From: Escherichia coli
GTDB taxonomy: Bacteria; Pseudomonadota; Gammaproteobacteria; Enterobacterales; Enterobacteriaceae
Reading direction: 5' to 3' (one strand)
Length of the DNA: 64,000 bases
NCBI RefSeq assembly: GCF_016903815.1
Contig: NZ_CP069973.1
Positions 1-12,509 of the stretch are shown here, piece after piece (position 1 is the first letter of the stretch; each line of letters starts with the position of its first letter). Position numbers and translations under genes: made by a program. Under the pieces are notes generated by a model. The model was not told the DNA's origin. It saw only the letters and a list, made by a program, of their open reading frames with translations, and ran no database searches.

Positions 1-810
1 GGTTTTTACTGCGGGCTGGCGCTGTTTCTCATCATCACGCTGTTTCCATTTTTTGTGATGCTGATGACCTCGTTCAAGGGCGCGAAAGAGGCGATCTCAC
101 TGCATCCTACGCTGCTGCCGCAGCAGTGGACGCTGGAGCATTACGTCGACATTTTTAACCCGATGATTTTCCCGTTTGTCGACTACTTCCGTAACAGTCT
201 GGTGGTGTCGGTGGTTTCATCCGTGGTGGCGGTATTCCTCGGCATTCTTGGGGCTTACGCGCTTTCCCGCCTGCGCTTTAAAGGTCGGATGACCATCAAT
301 GCCAGCTTTTACACGGTGTATATGTTCTCTGGCATTTTGCTGGTGGTGCCGCTGTTCAAAATCATCACCGCGCTGGGCATTTACGACACCGAGATGGCGC
401 TGATCATCACCATGGTGACGCAAACTCTGCCCACCGCCGTGTTTATGCTGAAAAGCTACTTCGACACCATCCCCGATGAGATCGAAGAAGCGGCGATGAT
501 GGATGGCCTCAACCGTCTGCAAATTATCTTCCGCATCACCGTGCCGTTGGCGATGTCCGGGCTGATATCCGTGTTCGTCTACTGCTTTATGGTGGCGTGG
601 AACGACTATCTGTTTGCGTCGATTTTCCTCTCCAGCGCCAGCAATTTCACCTTACCGGTGGGCCTGAACGCGCTGTTCAGTACGCCAGATTACATCTGGG
701 GACGGATGATGGCGGCCTCACTGGTGACCGCATTGCCGGTGGTGATTATGTATGCGCTTTCGGAACGTTTTATTAAGAGTGGTTTGACCGCCGGTGGCGT
801 GAAGGGCTAA
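1..810 (+). CDS. ycjP: ABC sugar transporter permease YcjP (5' end lies upstream of the window)
   Basis: ORF 55..810 extends to the window start. It is a polytopic membrane protein with an ABC permease EAA-like loop, and ycjQ follows immediately. Confidence 0.8.
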   Translation, partial: GFYCGLALFLIITLFPFFVMLMTSFKGAKEAISLHPTLLPQQWTLEHYVDIFNPMIFPFVDYFRNSLVVSVVSSVVAVFLGILGAYALSRLRFKGRMTINASFYTVYMFSGILLVVPLFKIITALGIYDTEMALIITMVTQTLPTAVFMLKSYFDTIPDEIEEAAMMDGLNRLQIIFRITVPLAMSGLISVFVYCFMVAWNDYLFASIFLSSASNFTLPVGLNALFSTPDYIWGRMMAASLVTALPVVIMYALSERFIKSGLTAGGVKG

Positions 811-840
811 AGCGGCCAGTTTCTTTACAAGGAGTTTTAA

Positions 841-1893
841 ATGAAAAAGTTAGTAGCCACAGCACCGCGTGTTGCTGCGCTGGTTGAGTATGAAGATCGG
901 GCGATTTTAGCCAATGAAGTGAAAATCCGCGTGCGTTTCGGCGCACCGAAACACGGAACGGAAGTGGTCGACTTCCGCGCCGCCAGCCCGTTTATCGATG
1001 AAGACTTTAACGGCGAATGGCAGATGTTCACTCCGCGTCCGGCAGATGCGCCGCGCGGCATTGAGTTTGGCAAATTCCAGCTTGGCAACATGGTGGTTGG
1101 CGACATTATCGAGTGCGGCAGCGACGTTACCGACTACGCGGTGGGCGACAGCGTATGCGGCTACGGCCCGCTCTCCGAGACGGTCATCATTAACGCGGTG
1201 AATAACTACAAGCTGCGCAAAATGCCGGAAGGCAGCTCGTGGAAAAACGCCGTTTGTTACGACCCGGCGCAGTTTGCCATGAGCGGCGTGCGCGATGCCA
1301 ACGTGCGCGTGGGTGATTTTGTGGTGGTGGTAGGGCTTGGCGCGATTGGTCAAATAGCCATCCAACTGGCGAAACGCGCTGGCGCGTCGGTGGTGATTGG
1401 CGTCGATCCTATCGCCTATCGCTGTGATATTGCCCGTCGCCACGGCGCGGATTTCTGCCTTAACCCCATTGGCACTGACGTAGGCAAAGAGATCAAAACG
1501 CTAACCGGCAAGCAGGGTGCCGATGTGATTATCGAAACCAGCGGCTATGCCGACGCGCTGCAATCGGCGCTACGAGGTCTGGCTTATGGCGGCACCATCT
1601 CCTATGTCGCGTTTGCCAAACCGTTTGCCGAAGGTTTTAACCTCGGACGCGAAGCGCATTTCAATAACGCAAAAATTGTCTTCTCCCGCGCGTGCAGCGA
1701 ACCGAACCCGGATTATCCGCGCTGGAGCCGCAAGCGTATCGAAGAAACCTGCTGGGAACTGCTGATGAACGGTTATCTCAATTGCGAAGATTTAATCGAC
1801 CCGGTGGTGACCTTTGCCAATAGCCCGGAAAGCTACATGCAGTATGTCGACCAGCATCCGGAACTGAGCATCAAAATGGGCGTCACGTTTTAA
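841..1893 (+). CDS. ycjQ: Zn-dependent sugar dehydrogenase (D-guloside 3-dehydrogenase)
   Basis: 350-aa ORF with an MDR/GroES-like N-terminus and a GLGAIG Rossmann motif, in the ycj operon context. Confidence 0.85.
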   Translation: MKKLVATAPRVAALVEYEDRAILANEVKIRVRFGAPKHGTEVVDFRAASPFIDEDFNGEWQMFTPRPADAPRGIEFGKFQLGNMVVGDIIECGSDVTDYAVGDSVCGYGPLSETVIINAVNNYKLRKMPEGSSWKNAVCYDPAQFAMSGVRDANVRVGDFVVVVGLGAIGQIAIQLAKRAGASVVIGVDPIAYRCDIARRHGADFCLNPIGTDVGKEIKTLTGKQGADVIIETSGYADALQSALRGLAYGGTISYVAFAKPFAEGFNLGREAHFNNAKIVFSRACSEPNPDYPRWSRKRIEETCWELLMNGYLNCEDLIDPVVTFANSPESYMQYVDQHPELSIKMGVTF

Positions 1894-1902
1894 TTCAAAG
1901 GA

Positions 1903-2700
1903 ATGAAAAAAATGAAAATCGGCACACAGAATCAGGCGTTCTTTCCGGAAAATATTCTGGAGAAATTTCGTTATATCAAAGAGATGGGCTTCGATGGTTT
2001 TGAGATTGACGGCAAACTTCTGGTCAACAACATCGAAGAAGTCAAAGCGGCGATCAAAGAAACCGGTTTACCGGTGACCACCGCCTGCGGCGGCTATGAC
2101 GGCTGGATTGGCGACTTTATCGAAGAGCGTCGTCTTAATGGCTTAAAGCAGATCGAACGCATTCTTGAAGCGCTGGCCGAAGTGGGCGGTAAAGGTATCG
2201 TCGTTCCGGCAGCGTGGGGCATGTTTACCTTCCGTTTACCGCCGATGGCCTCGCCGCGCAGCCTGGATGGCGACCGCAAAATGGTGAGTGATTCCCTGCG
2301 CGTACTGGAACAGGTGGCAGCGCGTACCGGAACCGTGGTGTACCTCGAACCGTTAAACCGCTATCAGGATCACATGATCAACACCCTCGCCGATGCTCGT
2401 CGTTACATCGTCGAAAACGATCTTAAACATGTACAGATTATCGGCGATTTCTATCACATGAATATCGAAGAAGATAACCTGGCGCAGGCGCTGCATGACA
2501 ACCGCGACCTGCTCGGTCATGTGCATATTGCAGATAACCATCGCTACCAGCCGGGCAGCGGCACCCTGGATTTCCACGCGCTGTTTGAACAGCTGCGCGC
2601 GGATAACTATCAGGGCTATGTGGTGTACGAAGGGCGTATCCGGGCAGAAGATCCTGCCCAGGCGTACCGTGATTCTTTGGCCTGGTTGCGTACCTGCTAA
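1903..2700 (+). CDS. ycjR: Sugar phosphate isomerase/epimerase TIM-barrel protein
   Basis: 265-aa ORF with an xylose-isomerase-like fold signature, in operon context. Confidence 0.8.
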   Translation: MKKMKIGTQNQAFFPENILEKFRYIKEMGFDGFEIDGKLLVNNIEEVKAAIKETGLPVTTACGGYDGWIGDFIEERRLNGLKQIERILEALAEVGGKGIVVPAAWGMFTFRLPPMASPRSLDGDRKMVSDSLRVLEQVAARTGTVVYLEPLNRYQDHMINTLADARRYIVENDLKHVQIIGDFYHMNIEEDNLAQALHDNRDLLGHVHIADNHRYQPGSGTLDFHALFEQLRADNYQGYVVYEGRIRAEDPAQAYRDSLAWLRTC

Positions 2701-2709
2701 GAGGTCTTT

Positions 2710-3765
2710 GTGAAAAGTGCAATGACAAGCTCTCCGCTGCGGGTCGCGATCATAGGCGCGGGCCAGGTGGCGGATAAGGTTCATGCTTCGTACTACTGCA
2801 CCCGCAACGATCTGGAACTGGTGGCTGTCTGTGACAGCCGCCTTTCCCAGGCGCAGGCGCTGGCAGAAAAATACGGGAATGCATCCGTGTGGGACGATCC
2901 GCAGGCCATGCTGCTGGCGGTGAAACCTGATGTGGTTAGCGTCTGCTCACCTAACCGTTTTCATTACGAACATACCCTGATGGCGCTGGAAGCGGGCTGC
3001 CATGTGATGTGCGAAAAACCGCCCGCCATGACGCCAGAACAGGCGCGGGAAATGTGCGATACCGCGCGCAAACAGGGCAAGGTGCTGGCCTACGACTTTC
3101 ACCATCGTTTTGCGCTCGATACGCAACAGCTGCGTGAACAGGTGACCAACGGCGTTTTGGGAGAGATTTACGTTACCACCGCCCGCGCCCTGCGTCGTTG
3201 CGGTGTTCCCGGCTGGGGTGTCTTTACCAATAAAGAATTGCAGGGCGGTGGCCCGCTGATCGACATCGGCATTCATATGCTGGATGCGGCGATGTATGTG
3301 CTGGGTTTTCCAGCGGTGAAAAGCGTGACTGCGCATAGCTTTCAAAAGATCGGCACGCAAAAGAGCTGCGGTCAATTTGGCGAGTGGGACCCGGCAACTT
3401 ACAGCGTCGAAGATTCGCTGTTTGGCACCATTGAATTTCATAACGGCGGCATTCTGTGGCTGGAAACGTCATTTGCACTCAACATCCGCGAACAGTCGAT
3501 TATGAACGTCAGCTTTTGTGGCGATAAAGCAGGGGCGACGCTGTTTCCGGCGCATATCTATACCGATAACAACGGTGAGTTAATGACGCTGATGCAACGG
3601 GAAATGGCAGACGACAACCGCCATTTGCGCAGTATGGAAGCCTTTATCAATCACGTACAGGGCAAGCCCGTGATGATAGCCGACGCCGAGCAGGGGTACA
3701 TCATCCAGCAACTGGTGGCGGCGTTGTATCAATCCGCAGAAACAGGGACGCGTGTGGAATTATGA
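2710..3765 (+). CDS. ycjS: Gfo/Idh/MocA-family NAD(P)-dependent oxidoreductase
   Basis: GTG start at 2710. It has the N-terminal Rossmann motif IIGAGQV and the EKP motif, in operon context. Confidence 0.8.
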   Translation: MKSAMTSSPLRVAIIGAGQVADKVHASYYCTRNDLELVAVCDSRLSQAQALAEKYGNASVWDDPQAMLLAVKPDVVSVCSPNRFHYEHTLMALEAGCHVMCEKPPAMTPEQAREMCDTARKQGKVLAYDFHHRFALDTQQLREQVTNGVLGEIYVTTARALRRCGVPGWGVFTNKELQGGGPLIDIGIHMLDAAMYVLGFPAVKSVTAHSFQKIGTQKSCGQFGEWDPATYSVEDSLFGTIEFHNGGILWLETSFALNIREQSIMNVSFCGDKAGATLFPAHIYTDNNGELMTLMQREMADDNRHLRSMEAFINHVQGKPVMIADAEQGYIIQQLVAALYQSAETGTRVEL

Positions 3766-6029
3766 CCAGGCCAGTAACGTTATCAGAACCCCATTTCAGC
3801 CAGCATACACTGAACAAATATGCTTCACTGATGGCGCAGGGGAACGGCTATCTTGGGCTTCGCGCCAGCCATGAAGAAGATTACACGCGCCAGACCCGTG
3901 GGATGTATCTGGCGGGGCTGTATCATCGGGCGGGTAAGGGTGAAATCAACGAACTGGTGAACCTGCCTGATGTCGTGGGGATGGAGATTGCCATAAATGG
4001 TGAGGTTTTTGCGTTATCCCGCGAAACATGGCAGCGTGAGCTTGACTTTGCCAGTGGCGAATTACGCCGCAACGTTGTCTGGTGTACCAGTAACGGCGCG
4101 CGTTACACAATCGTCAGCCGTCGCTTTGTTTCGGCAGACCAACTGCCGCTGATTGCGCTGGAAATCACTATTACTCCGCTGGACGCTGACGCGTCAGTGC
4201 TGATTTCAACAGGCATTGACGCCACGCAAACCAACCACGGACGACAACATCTCGACGAAACCCAGGTGCGGGTGTTTGGTCAGCATTTGATGCAGGGGAT
4301 CTATACCACTCAGGATGGACGCAGTGATGTGGCCATCAGCTGTTGCTGTAAGGTGAGCGGTGATGTGCAGCAATGCTATACCGCCAAAGAGCGCCGCTTG
4401 CTGCAACATACCAGTGCGCAACTTCACGCAGGCGAAACGCTGACGCTGCAAAAACTGGTGTGGTTCGACTGGCGGGACGACAGACACGTCGCTTTAGACG
4501 AGTGGGGCAGTGCATCGCTTCGTCAGCTTGAAATGTGTGTACAGCAGAGTTACGACCAACTTCTTGCAGCATCCACAGAAAACTGGCGTCAATGGTGGCA
4601 GAAACGTCGTATCACGGTAAAGAGTAACGATGAGCACAATCAGCAGGCGTTAGATTATGCGCTTTATCATCTGCGCATCATGACGCCTGCTCACGACGAG
4701 CGCAGCAGTATTGCGGCAAAAGGTTTGACCGGGGAAGGCTACAAAGGCCACGTTTTCTGGGATACAGAAGTATTTTTGCTACCGTTTCATCTGTTTAGCG
4801 ATCCGACGGTTGCCCGAAGTTTACTGCGTTATCGCTGGCACAACTTGCCAGGCGCGCAGGAGAAAGCGCGACGCAACGGCTGGCAGGGCGCGCTATTTCC
4901 GTGGGAAAGCGCGCGCAGCGGCGAAGAAGAGACGCCGGAATTTGCCGCCATTAACATTCGCACCGGGCTGCGGCAAAAAGTGGCCTCGGCGCAGGCGGAA
5001 CATCATCTGGTCGCCGATATCGCCTGGGCGGTTGTTCAATACTGGCAGACCACGGGGGATGAAAGTTTCATTGCTCATGAAGGCATGGCGCTACTTCTGG
5101 AAACTGCAAAGTTCTGGATTAGCCGCACGGTGAGGGTTAACGACCGTCTGGAAATTCATGATGTTATTGGGCCAGACGAATATACCGAACATGTCAATAA
5201 TAACGCCTTCACCAGCTATATGGCGTATTACAACGTCCAGCAGGCGCTGAACATCGCTCGTCAATTTGGCTGTAGCGACGATGCGTTTATCCATCGCGCC
5301 GAAATGTTCCTTAAAGAACTGCGGCTGCCAGAAATTCAGCCCGACGGCGTTTTGCCGCAGGATGATTCGTTTATGGCGAAACCAGCGATTAATCTGGCGA
5401 AATACAAAGCGGCGGCGGGGAAGCAAACCATTCTGCTGGATTATTCACGCGCAGAAGTGAACGAGATGCAGATCCTCAAACAAGCTGATGTGGTGATGCT
5501 CAATTACATGCTGCCGGAGCAGTACTCAGCGGCATCGTGTCTTGCCAATCTGCAATTTTATGAACCGCGCACCATTTACGACTCTTCACTGAGTAAAGCG
5601 ATCCACGACATTGTTGCCGCACGCTGTGGCCTGTTGGCGCAAAGTTATCAGTTCTGGCGGGAGGGGACTGAAATCGATCTCGGTGCTGACCCGCATAGCT
5701 GCGACGACGGTATCCATGCTGCCGCAACTGGCGCTATCTGGCTGGGGGCGATTCAGGGTTTTGCCGGGGTGAGCGTGCGTGACGGTGAATTAAATTTGAA
5801 TCCGGCGTTACCTGTGCAGTGGCAACAGTTGTCTTTCCCTCTGTTCTGGCAGGGCTGCGAATTACAGGTCACTCTCGACGCGCAGCGTATTGCGATTCGA
5901 ACTTCTGCGCCCGTTTCACTGCGTTTGAACGGGCAGCTTATATCTGTGGCTGAAGAATCTGTTTTCTGTTTGGGTGATTTTATTTTGCCCTTCAATGGGA
6001 CCGCTACCACGCATCAGGAGGATGAATGA
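3762..6029 (+). CDS. ycjT: Kojibiose phosphorylase (GH65)
   Basis: 755-aa ORF with a 4-bp overlap onto ycjS. The size and context match a GH65 phosphorylase. Confidence 0.85.
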   Translation: MTRPVTLSEPHFSQHTLNKYASLMAQGNGYLGLRASHEEDYTRQTRGMYLAGLYHRAGKGEINELVNLPDVVGMEIAINGEVFALSRETWQRELDFASGELRRNVVWCTSNGARYTIVSRRFVSADQLPLIALEITITPLDADASVLISTGIDATQTNHGRQHLDETQVRVFGQHLMQGIYTTQDGRSDVAISCCCKVSGDVQQCYTAKERRLLQHTSAQLHAGETLTLQKLVWFDWRDDRHVALDEWGSASLRQLEMCVQQSYDQLLAASTENWRQWWQKRRITVKSNDEHNQQALDYALYHLRIMTPAHDERSSIAAKGLTGEGYKGHVFWDTEVFLLPFHLFSDPTVARSLLRYRWHNLPGAQEKARRNGWQGALFPWESARSGEEETPEFAAINIRTGLRQKVASAQAEHHLVADIAWAVVQYWQTTGDESFIAHEGMALLLETAKFWISRTVRVNDRLEIHDVIGPDEYTEHVNNNAFTSYMAYYNVQQALNIARQFGCSDDAFIHRAEMFLKELRLPEIQPDGVLPQDDSFMAKPAINLAKYKAAAGKQTILLDYSRAEVNEMQILKQADVVMLNYMLPEQYSAASCLANLQFYEPRTIYDSSLSKAIHDIVAARCGLLAQSYQFWREGTEIDLGADPHSCDDGIHAAATGAIWLGAIQGFAGVSVRDGELNLNPALPVQWQQLSFPLFWQGCELQVTLDAQRIAIRTSAPVSLRLNGQLISVAEESVFCLGDFILPFNGTATTHQEDE

Positions 6030-6685
6030 AACTGCAAGGGGTAATTTTCGATCTGGATGGTGTAATCACCGATACCGCGCATCTGCATTTCAAGGCGTGG
6101 CAGCAGATTGCCGCTGAAATTGGCATCAGCATTGATGCGCAGTTTAACGAATCCCTAAAAGGGATCAGCCGCGATGAGTCTCTGCGACGCATTCTGCAAC
6201 ACGGGGGCAAAGAGGGCGACTTTAACCCGCAGGAAAGGGCGCAACTGGCGTATCGCAAAAATCTGCTCTACGTCCACTCACTGCGCGAACTGACGGTTAA
6301 TGCTGTGCTGCCCGGCATTCGCTCTTTGCTGACAGATCTCTGCGCACAGCAGATCCCTATAGGGCTGGCTTCTGTCTCCCTGAATGCGCCGACGATTTTA
6401 GCAGCGCTGGAGCTGCGCGAGTTTTTCACCTTCTGCGCGGACGCTTCCCAACTTAAAAACTCGAAACCGGACCCGGAAATCTTTCTCGCCGCCTGTGCCG
6501 GACTGGGCGTGCCGCCGCAGGCATGTATCGGTATTGAAGATGCGCAGGCGGGCATTGACGCCATTAACGCCAGCGGTATGCGCTCGGTGGGGATCGGCGC
6601 GGGCTTAACCGGGGCGCAATTATTGTTGCCCTCAACGGACTCCCTGACCTGGCCGCGGTTATCGGCCTTCTGGCAAAACGTATAG
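6026..6685 (+). CDS. ycjU: Beta-phosphoglucomutase (HAD superfamily)
   Basis: 219 aa with an N-terminal DxDGV HAD motif ([11 protein letters not shown]) and a 4-bp overlap with ycjT. Confidence 0.9.
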   Translation: MKLQGVIFDLDGVITDTAHLHFKAWQQIAAEIGISIDAQFNESLKGISRDESLRRILQHGGKEGDFNPQERAQLAYRKNLLYVHSLRELTVNAVLPGIRSLLTDLCAQQIPIGLASVSLNAPTILAALELREFFTFCADASQLKNSKPDPEIFLAACAGLGVPPQACIGIEDAQAGIDAINASGMRSVGIGAGLTGAQLLLPSTDSLTWPRLSAFWQNV

Positions 6686-6698
6686 CAAAGGAATCAAC

Positions 6699-7781
6699 AT
6701 GGCTCAGCTTTCGTTACAACATATTCAAAAAATCTACGATAACCAGGTGCATGTGGTGAAGGACTTCAACCTGGAAATTGCCGATAAAGAGTTCATTGTC
6801 TTTGTCGGTCCGTCAGGCTGCGGTAAATCGACCACCCTGCGCATGATTGCCGGGCTTGAGGAGATCAGCGGCGGCGATCTGTTGATCGACGGCAAACGAA
6901 TGAATGACGTTCCAGCCAAAGCGCGCAATATTGCGATGGTGTTCCAGAACTACGCGCTGTATCCGCATATGACGGTCTACGACAACATGGCGTTTGGCCT
7001 GAAGATGCAAAAAATCGCCAAAGAGGTGATTGATGAGCGGGTGAACTGGGCGGCGCAAATTCTCGGCCTGCGTGAGTACCTGAAACGCAAGCCGGGGGCT
7101 CTTTCTGGCGGGCAACGCCAGCGTGTGGCGCTCGGGCGGGCGATTGTGCGTGAAGCGGGCGTGTTTTTAATGGATGAACCGCTCTCTAACCTTGATGCCA
7201 AGCTGCGCGTACAAATGCGCGCAGAGATCAGCAAGCTGCATCAGAAACTGAACACCACCATGATCTACGTGACCCACGATCAGACCGAAGCGATGACCAT
7301 GGCGACGCGGATTGTGATTATGAAGGATGGGATTGTTCAGCAAGTAGGTGCGCCGAAAACGGTTTATAACCAACCCGCGAATATGTTTGTTGCCGGATTT
7401 ATTGGATCACCGGCGATGAATTTTATTCGCGGCACGATCGATGGCGATAAATTCGTTACTGAAACGCTTAAATTAACCATTCCCGAAGAGAAATTAGCGG
7501 TTCTGAAAACACAGGAAAGTTTGCATAAGCCCATCGTGATGGGAATACGCCCGGAAGATATTCATCCGGACGCGCAAGAGGAAAATAACATTTCCGCCAA
7601 AATTAGCGTGGCAGAATTAACCGGTGCGGAATTTATGCTCTACACCACGGTTGGGGGGCACGAGTTAGTGGTCCGTGCTGGTGCGTTAAATGATTATCAT
7701 GCAGGAGAAAATATCACTATTCATTTTGATATGACTAAATGTCATTTCTTTGATGCAGAAACGGAAATAGCAATTCGCTAA
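6699..7781 (+). CDS. ycjV: MalK-like ABC ATP-binding subunit (apparently intact)
   Basis: Walker A GPSGCGKST, signature LSGGQRQR and Walker B LMDEPLSNLD, plus a C-terminal TOBE-like domain. The ORF is 360 aa. Confidence 0.85.
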   Translation: MAQLSLQHIQKIYDNQVHVVKDFNLEIADKEFIVFVGPSGCGKSTTLRMIAGLEEISGGDLLIDGKRMNDVPAKARNIAMVFQNYALYPHMTVYDNMAFGLKMQKIAKEVIDERVNWAAQILGLREYLKRKPGALSGGQRQRVALGRAIVREAGVFLMDEPLSNLDAKLRVQMRAEISKLHQKLNTTMIYVTHDQTEAMTMATRIVIMKDGIVQQVGAPKTVYNQPANMFVAGFIGSPAMNFIRGTIDGDKFVTETLKLTIPEEKLAVLKTQESLHKPIVMGIRPEDIHPDAQEENNISAKISVAELTGAEFMLYTTVGGHELVVRAGALNDYHAGENITIHFDMTKCHFFDAETEIAIR

Positions 7782-7825
7782 ATACAGGGGGAAGGCATTC
7801 CCCCAGGATAATACAAGGAACAATA

Positions 7826-8731
7826 ATGAAAAAGTTATTACCCTGTACCGCACTGGTGATGTGTGCGGGAATGGCCTGCGCACAGGCCGAGGAAAAGAAC
7901 GACTGGCACTTTAATATCGGCGCGATGTACGAAATAGAAAACGTCGAGGGTTATGGCGAAGATATGGATGGGCTCGCGGAGCCTTCTGTCTATTTTAATG
8001 CCGCCAACGGGCCGTGGAGAATTTCTCTGGCTTATTATCAGGAAGGGCCGGTAGATTATAGCGCGGGTAAACGTGGAACATGGTTTGATCGCCCGGAGCT
8101 GGAGGTGCATTATCAGTTCCTCGAAAGCGATGATTTCAGTTTCGGCCTGACCGGCGGTTTTCGTAATTATGGTTATCACTACGTTGATGAACCGGGTAAA
8201 GACACGGCGAATATGCAGCGCTGGAAAATCGCGCCAGACTGGGATGTGAAACTGACTGACGATTTACGTTTCAACGGTTGGTTATCGATGTATAAATTTG
8301 CCAACGATCTGAACACGACCGGTTACGCTGATACCCGAGTCGAAACGGAAACAGGTCTGCAATATACCTTCAACGAAACGGTTGCTTTGCGAGTGAACTA
8401 TTATCTCGAGCGCGGCTTCAATATGGACGACAGCCGCAATAACGGTGAGTTTTCCACGCAAGAAATTCGTGCCTATTTGCCGCTGACGCTCGGCAACCAC
8501 TCGGTGACGCCGTATACGCGCATTGGGCTGGATCGCTGGAGTAACTGGGACTGGCAGGATGATATTGAACGTGAAGGCCATGATTTTAACCGTGTGGGGT
8601 TATTTTACGGTTATGATTTCCAGAATGGTCTTTCCGTTTCGCTGGAATACGCGTTTGAGTGGCAGGATCACGACGAAGGCGACAGCGATAAATTCCATTA
8701 TGCAGGTGTCGGCGTAAATTACTCGTTCTGA
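7826..8731 (+). CDS. ompG: Outer membrane porin G
   Basis: 301 aa with a signal peptide (MKKLLPCTALVMCAGMACA), a beta-barrel-like alternating pattern and a C-terminal aromatic residue. Confidence 0.9.
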   Translation: MKKLLPCTALVMCAGMACAQAEEKNDWHFNIGAMYEIENVEGYGEDMDGLAEPSVYFNAANGPWRISLAYYQEGPVDYSAGKRGTWFDRPELEVHYQFLESDDFSFGLTGGFRNYGYHYVDEPGKDTANMQRWKIAPDWDVKLTDDLRFNGWLSMYKFANDLNTTGYADTRVETETGLQYTFNETVALRVNYYLERGFNMDDSRNNGEFSTQEIRAYLPLTLGNHSVTPYTRIGLDRWSNWDWQDDIEREGHDFNRVGLFYGYDFQNGLSVSLEYAFEWQDHDEGDSDKFHYAGVGVNYSF

Positions 8732-8744
8732 TAATGGGTTAAAT

Positions 8745-8821
8745 TGCCGGATGCGGCGCGAGTACTTTATCCGATCTATAAATGTAGGCCGGATAAGATG
8801 CGCTAGCATCGCATCCGGCAT
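8745..8821. repeat. REP/BIME element
   Basis: Imperfect palindromic GCCGGATGCG...CGCATCCGGC units lie between the convergent ompG and ycjW. Confidence 0.7.
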
Positions 8822-8841
8822 TCAGGCAAGGTAGCTGGTAT

Positions 8842-9840
8842 TTATTTCAGCGTCATATGCGTGGCAACGGTAATATTCTGTGGTGACGGTTTTCCAGAAA
8901 TTAAGCGGAATAATAACTCGCAGCTTTGTTGCCCTAACTCCTGCGTCGGAACATCGATGCCGCCCGGTGCAGGCGTTAAAATAAATGACAGCGTTTCATT
9001 GCTATAACCCACCACCGCTAACTGCTGCGGAATAGCAATATTTTTCTCTGCTGCCGCACGATAAATGCTCATTAATTTCAGGCTGTCAGTGGCAAATACG
9101 GCTTCTGGCAACGGCGACTGGCTTAATAATTGCCGTGCGGCTTGCAAGGCTGTTTCATGGGTATAACCGCCGTCAACAATCCATTCATCACGCACTGCAA
9201 TATTATGCGCAGCCAGACTTTGCTTATAGCCATTAACGCGGTCAACCGAAACATGGACATCAAGCGGAGCATGCAGGCAGGCAATATTTTGATGCCCACT
9301 TTCAATTAACGCATCGGTCAACGCAATGCTGTCGCCAAAATTATCGGTATCGACAGAATAAACATGGGCATATTGACCTTCAACTTTGCCAATTACCACC
9401 ACCGGAATATCATATTTATCGAGTTGGGCAAAAAATGACTCATCCGCTGGCGAACTTAGCATAATAATGCCTTTAATCATTTTCTGCTTAATTTTGCTTT
9501 CGCATTTTTGTAAGTCTTCTGCCAGGTTGTGCGACGTCTGCAATATCACGTCGAAACCTTCTTCTTCAGCTTTGGCGGTGATGGCATGTAAAACTTCCGA
9601 GAAAAACGGATTACCCGCCGTAGTTTTGGTCGAACGGGTAGAAATCACCATAATGGCATCAAAACCCGAAGAGGTCAGCGCGCGTGCCAGCTTGTTTGGT
9701 TGATACTGTAATTCTTCAATGGCCCGTAACACTTTTTCGCGCGCTTCCGGGGAGATATTGGTTTGCTTATTCAGCACGCGTGATACGGTGGATTTTGATA
9801 CGCCTGCAACCCTGGCAATATCATAAATAGTAGGGGACAT
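8842..9840 (-). CDS. ycjW: LacI-family transcriptional regulator
   Basis: N-terminal HTH ([24 protein letters not shown]) followed by a periplasmic-binding-like domain. Confidence 0.9.
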   Translation of the reverse strand: MSPTIYDIARVAGVSKSTVSRVLNKQTNISPEAREKVLRAIEELQYQPNKLARALTSSGFDAIMVISTRSTKTTAGNPFFSEVLHAITAKAEEEGFDVILQTSHNLAEDLQKCESKIKQKMIKGIIMLSSPADESFFAQLDKYDIPVVVIGKVEGQYAHVYSVDTDNFGDSIALTDALIESGHQNIACLHAPLDVHVSVDRVNGYKQSLAAHNIAVRDEWIVDGGYTHETALQAARQLLSQSPLPEAVFATDSLKLMSIYRAAAEKNIAIPQQLAVVGYSNETLSFILTPAPGGIDVPTQELGQQSCELLFRLISGKPSPQNITVATHMTLK

Positions 9841-9994
9841 AGGTCAGGAACTCCGTCCGAACGTGAATGTTGCACATCTTATGGAGTTCGCCCGTCGATG
9901 ACAACACGGGCAGTTGATAATCAATGGCCTGGCCCCCACATTCATATCCTTACGAATGATTTTTTTCTGGTCTTCAGAGCAGCACAGGACAGCA

Positions 9995-11392
9995 ATGAAG
10001 CGACTTAAAAATGAACTTAATGCGCTGGTGAATCGGGGTGTCGACAGACATCTGCGCCTCGCTGTAACCGGACTTAGCCGCAGCGGCAAAACAGCGTTTA
10101 TCACCGCGATGGTTAATCAGTTGCTCAATATTCATGCCGGAGCACGTTTGCCGCTTTTAAGTGCGGTGCGTGAAGAGCGCCTGCTGGGCGTAAAACGCAT
10201 TCCCCAGCGTGACTTTGGCATTCCGCGCTTCACCTATGATGAAGGGTTGGCGCAGTTATATGGCGATCCTCCCGCCTGGCCGACGCCTACGCGCGGCGTC
10301 AGTGAAATTCGCCTGGCGTTACGTTTTAAATCGAACGATTCGCTGCTACGCCACTTTAAGGACACCTCCACGCTGTATCTGGAAATTGTGGATTACCCCG
10401 GCGAATGGTTGCTCGACCTGCCGATGCTGGCGCAGGACTATTTAAGCTGGTCGCGCCAGATGACGGGCTTACTCAATGGTCAGCGCGGCGAATGGTCGGC
10501 GAAATGGCGAATGATGTGCGAAGGGCTGGACCCGCTAGCGCCTGCCGACGAAAACCGGCTGGCAGACATTGCCGCCGCCTGGACCGAGTATCTCCACCAC
10601 TGCAAACAGCAGGGGTTGCACTTTATTCAGCCTGGGCGCTTTGTCTTGCCGGGAGATATGGCAGGAGCACCCGCGCTGCAATTCTTCCCGTGGCCGGATG
10701 TCGATGCCTGGGGCGAGTCCAAACTGGCGCAGGCCGATAAGCATACCAATGCCGGAATGCTGCGCGAGCGGTTTAATTATTACTGCGAGAAAGTGGTGAA
10801 GGGGTTCTATAAGAATCATTTTCTGCGCTTTGACCGCCAGATTGTGCTGGTGGATTGCCTGCAGCCTCTCAACAGTGGGCCACAGGCATTTAATGATATG
10901 CGTCTGGCGCTGACGCAGCTGATGCAAAGTTTCCACTACGGGCAGCGAACCCTGTTCCGGCGTTTGTTTTCGCCGGTTATCGATAAGCTATTGTTTGCTG
11001 CTACTAAAGCAGACCATGTGACCATCGATCAGCACGCCAATATGGTTTCATTACTGCAACAACTAATTCAGGATGCCTGGCAAAATGCGGCGTTCGAAGG
11101 GATCAGCATGGATTGCCTGGGGCTGGCGTCAGTTCAGGCGACCACCAGCGGCATTATTGATGTTAACGGTGAGAAAATCCCGGCGCTGCGCGGTAATCGA
11201 CTCAGCGATGGCGCACCGCTCACTGTTTATCCTGGCGAAGTTCCCGCACGTTTGCCTGGTCAGGCGTTCTGGGATAAGCAAGGCTTCCAGTTTGAGGCGT
11301 TTCGTCCGCAGGTGATGGATGTCGACAAACCGCTGCCGCATATTCGTCTTGATGCTGCGCTGGAATTTTTAATAGGAGATAAATTGCGATGA
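9995..11392 (+). CDS. ycjX: P-loop NTPase YcjX (DUF463)
   Basis: Walker A GLSRSGKT. The start is placed at MKRLKNELN, inside the longer 9914 ORF. Confidence 0.8.
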   Translation: MKRLKNELNALVNRGVDRHLRLAVTGLSRSGKTAFITAMVNQLLNIHAGARLPLLSAVREERLLGVKRIPQRDFGIPRFTYDEGLAQLYGDPPAWPTPTRGVSEIRLALRFKSNDSLLRHFKDTSTLYLEIVDYPGEWLLDLPMLAQDYLSWSRQMTGLLNGQRGEWSAKWRMMCEGLDPLAPADENRLADIAAAWTEYLHHCKQQGLHFIQPGRFVLPGDMAGAPALQFFPWPDVDAWGESKLAQADKHTNAGMLRERFNYYCEKVVKGFYKNHFLRFDRQIVLVDCLQPLNSGPQAFNDMRLALTQLMQSFHYGQRTLFRRLFSPVIDKLLFAATKADHVTIDQHANMVSLLQQLIQDAWQNAAFEGISMDCLGLASVQATTSGIIDVNGEKIPALRGNRLSDGAPLTVYPGEVPARLPGQAFWDKQGFQFEAFRPQVMDVDKPLPHIRLDAALEFLIGDKLR

Positions 11393-12450
11393 CCGAACCG
11401 TTAAAACCACGTATTGATTTCGACGGTCCACTGGAGGTCGATCAGAATCCAAAATTCAGGGCGCAGCAGACCTTTGACGAAAATCAGGCGCAAAATTTTG
11501 CCCCGGCCACGCTCGACGAAGCGCAGGAAGAAGAGGGGCAAGTTGAAGCGGTGATGGACGCAGCGTTACGTCCGAAACGCAGCCTGTGGCGCAAAATGGT
11601 GATGGGCGGGTTGGCTCTGTTTGGCGCAAGCGTTGTCGGGCAGGGCGTGCAGTGGACAATGAACGCCTGGCAAACTCAGGATTGGGTAGCGCTGGGTGGA
11701 TGTGCCGCTGGGGCATTGATTATCGGCGCTGGCGTAGGTTCTGTGGTAACAGAGTGGCGGCGCTTATGGCGCTTGCGACAGCGCGCCCATGAACGCGACG
11801 AAGCGCGCGATTTGTTGCACAGTCACGGTACGGGTAAAGGCCGCGCATTTTGCGAAAAACTGGCGCAGCAGGCGGGCATCGACCAGTCGCATCCGGCACT
11901 GCAACGCTGGTATGCCTCAATCCATGAAACGCAAAACGATCGTGAAGTGGTCAGCCTGTATGCTCATCTGGTCCAGCCGGTTTTAGATGCCCAGGCGCGG
12001 CGCGAAATCAGCCGTTCGGCGGCGGAATCAACGTTGATGATTGCGGTCAGCCCGCTGGCGCTGGTGGATATGGCATTTATCGCCTGGCGCAATCTGCGTT
12101 TGATCAATCGCATCGCCACGCTGTATGGCATTGAACTGGGATATTACAGCCGTTTGCGCCTGTTTAAGCTGGTATTGCTGAATATCGCTTTCGCCGGAGC
12201 CAGCGAACTGGTGCGCGAAGTGGGGATGGACTGGATGTCGCAAGATCTCGCTGCGCGTTTGTCTACCCGGGCAGCTCAGGGGATTGGTGCAGGACTTCTG
12301 ACGGCACGACTGGGGATTAAAGCTATGGAGCTTTGCCGCCCTCTGCCGTGGATTGACGATGACAAACCTCGCCTCGGGGATTTCCGTCGTCAGCTTATCG
12401 GTCAGGTGAAAGAGACGCTGCAAAAAGGCAAAACGCCCAGCGAAAAATAA
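11389..12450 (+). CDS. ycjF: UPF0283 inner-membrane protein YcjF
   Basis: 353 aa with a 4-bp overlap onto ycjX and TM segments. Confidence 0.85.
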   Translation: MTEPLKPRIDFDGPLEVDQNPKFRAQQTFDENQAQNFAPATLDEAQEEEGQVEAVMDAALRPKRSLWRKMVMGGLALFGASVVGQGVQWTMNAWQTQDWVALGGCAAGALIIGAGVGSVVTEWRRLWRLRQRAHERDEARDLLHSHGTGKGRAFCEKLAQQAGIDQSHPALQRWYASIHETQNDREVVSLYAHLVQPVLDAQARREISRSAAESTLMIAVSPLALVDMAFIAWRNLRLINRIATLYGIELGYYSRLRLFKLVLLNIAFAGASELVREVGMDWMSQDLAARLSTRAAQGIGAGLLTARLGIKAMELCRPLPWIDDDKPRLGDFRRQLIGQVKETLQKGKTPSEK

Positions 12451-12509
12451 TGCAATATCGGGTGCTGATCGGATATCTTTACGCCGAAGTGCCCGTTTTT
12501 CCGTCTTTG

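Noticed and set aside
9914-9994. N-terminal 27-codon extension of ycjX (MIINGLAPTF...).
   Set aside because: The extension overlaps the ycjW-ycjX divergent promoter region. The later ATG gives the conserved N-terminus directly followed by the P-loop.
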